From the NCBI GenBank assembly GCA_030704615.1, contig CM060731.1, forward strand, positions 70,928,001 to 70,992,000: a stretch of DNA of 64,000 bases, written 5' to 3'. Under the pieces are notes generated by a model that was given only the letters and a program-made list of their open reading frames with translations, made no database searches and had not been told where the DNA came from. A program made the translations under genes and the position numbers. Position 1 is the stretch's first letter. Each line of letters begins with the position of its first letter. The stretch comes from Takakia lepidozioides (lineage: Eukaryota; Plantae; Bryophyta). Of this stretch, positions 62,860-64,000 are shown piece by piece.

Positions 62860-64000
62860 AATGGAATGGTCATTGTGAAACTTACTGAGGTTTTCTTATT
62901 GAAGAAGAGGTGAAAAAAAAAGGCTGGGTGAGTCATCATGAATCTTATTTAGGGATTCTTGCATGAACAAGAGACAAGAAAAGTTTGGATGCTCATTGTC
63001 AAGCTATCTGACGTTTCCAGTATTTTATCCATGGTGGATGGATGATGGATGGATGACATATTGAAGGAGAGGTTAAAAATAATGAGGATGGGCAAGAACA
63101 GGCCCCAAAATATGACCCCTCATTGTGAAACAGGCAATGGTTTTTGTTAATGTAGATGAGGTGAAAATTAAACAGATGGTCATCTTCAAGCTTATTTAGG
63201 CTTTGTTTGTGAAGAAGATGTGTAACAAAATGAGCGGTTTATTGTGGAACTTGTTCAGGTTTGTGTTATTGAAGATGAGGTGAAAAAAAAACACATGGTC
63301 ATTGTGATTGCTTATTTAGGGTGTGTTTGTGAAGAAGAGGTAAAAAAAAACATTGAGCATCCTTGTGAAACTTGTTTAGGATTCTGTTATTGAAGAAGAG
63401 GTGAAAAAAAAAGTTAAGCTCTATCATTGTCAAACTTGTTCAGGTTTCTGTTATTGAAGAAGAGGTGAAAAAAGATTTCAGATGGTCATTATGAATGTTT
63501 ATTTAGGGTTTGTTTGTGAAGAAGAGGTGAAAAAAATATTAGATGGTCATCATGAATGCTTATTTAGGGTTTGTTTGTGAAGAAGAGGTGAAAAAAAAAG
63601 TTGAGCTCTATCATTGTCAAACTTCTTTAGGTTTCTGTTATTGAAGAAGAGGTGAAAAAAAAACCAGATGGTCATCATGAATGCTTATTTAGGGAATAAA
63701 TTAGGGATTGTTTGTGAAGAAGAGATGAAAAAAAACTTGAGCTCTACCATTGTCAAACTTCTTCAGGTTTCTGTTATTGAAGAAGAGGTGAAAAAAAACC
63801 AGATGGTCATCATGAATGCTTATTTAGGGTTTGTTTGTGAAGAAGAGGTGAAAAAAATTGTGCTCTATCATTGTCAATCTTGTTCAGGTTTCTGATGATG
63901 AAAAAGAGGTGAATAAAAAATCAGATGTCATCATGAATAAATTAGGGTTTGTTTGTGAAGAAGAGGTGAAAAAAAAACTTGAGCTCTATCATTGTCAAAC
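62860..64000. repeat. AT-rich satellite of ~57-62-bp monomers (two types, mostly alternating) anchored on GAAGAAGAGGTGAAAAAAA; runs off the window end
   Basis: Repeated GAAGAAGAGGTGAAAAAA followed by either CAGATGGTCATCATGAATGCTTATTTAGGGTTTGTTTGT or GTTGAGCTCTATCATTGTCAAACTT. Confidence 0.9.

Overview
Eukaryotic nuclear DNA, most likely from a seed-free land plant. This is inferred from the PLS-class PPR/E/DYW genes, a plant RING gene, spliceosomal introns and Copia/CACTA elements. 1-9.1 kb is the most unusual part. A symmetric dyad centred at ~737 carries 4+4 palindromic 24-bp sites at 32-bp spacing. It is flanked by tandem arrays of a second palindrome (GGAAATTCGGCGCCGAATTTCC), followed by a 10-exon gene of ~1,490 aa. 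The gene fuses a ParB/Srx-type N-terminal domain (DGNHRLLA) to a prokaryote-type beta-class N6-adenine/N4-cytosine DNA methyltransferase domain, and its sixth intron is filled by another array of the same palindrome. All array periods (32, 53, 85, 95, 106, 138 bp) are close to whole helical turns. 10.6-18 kb is a PPR RNA-editing-factor cluster: one long PLS-E ORF plus DYW pseudogenes, one of them cut by an RLE-type LINE. 19.2-22.7 kb is a C3HC4 RING gene. 25-62.7 kb is a nest of transposons: two tandem Copia copies sharing an LTR. Copy 1 contains a transposase-less CACTA element (GCA TSD) that itself carries a Naiad/Chlamys-like Penelope retroelement with long inverted repeats. Copy 2 contains a second CACTA element with a transposase, a TnpA-like gene bearing an FCP1/NIF-like domain, and a LINE fragment. 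The window ends in an AT-rich satellite. Many frameshifts lie in homopolymer runs and may be assembly errors. All domain calls are by eye, without database searches.
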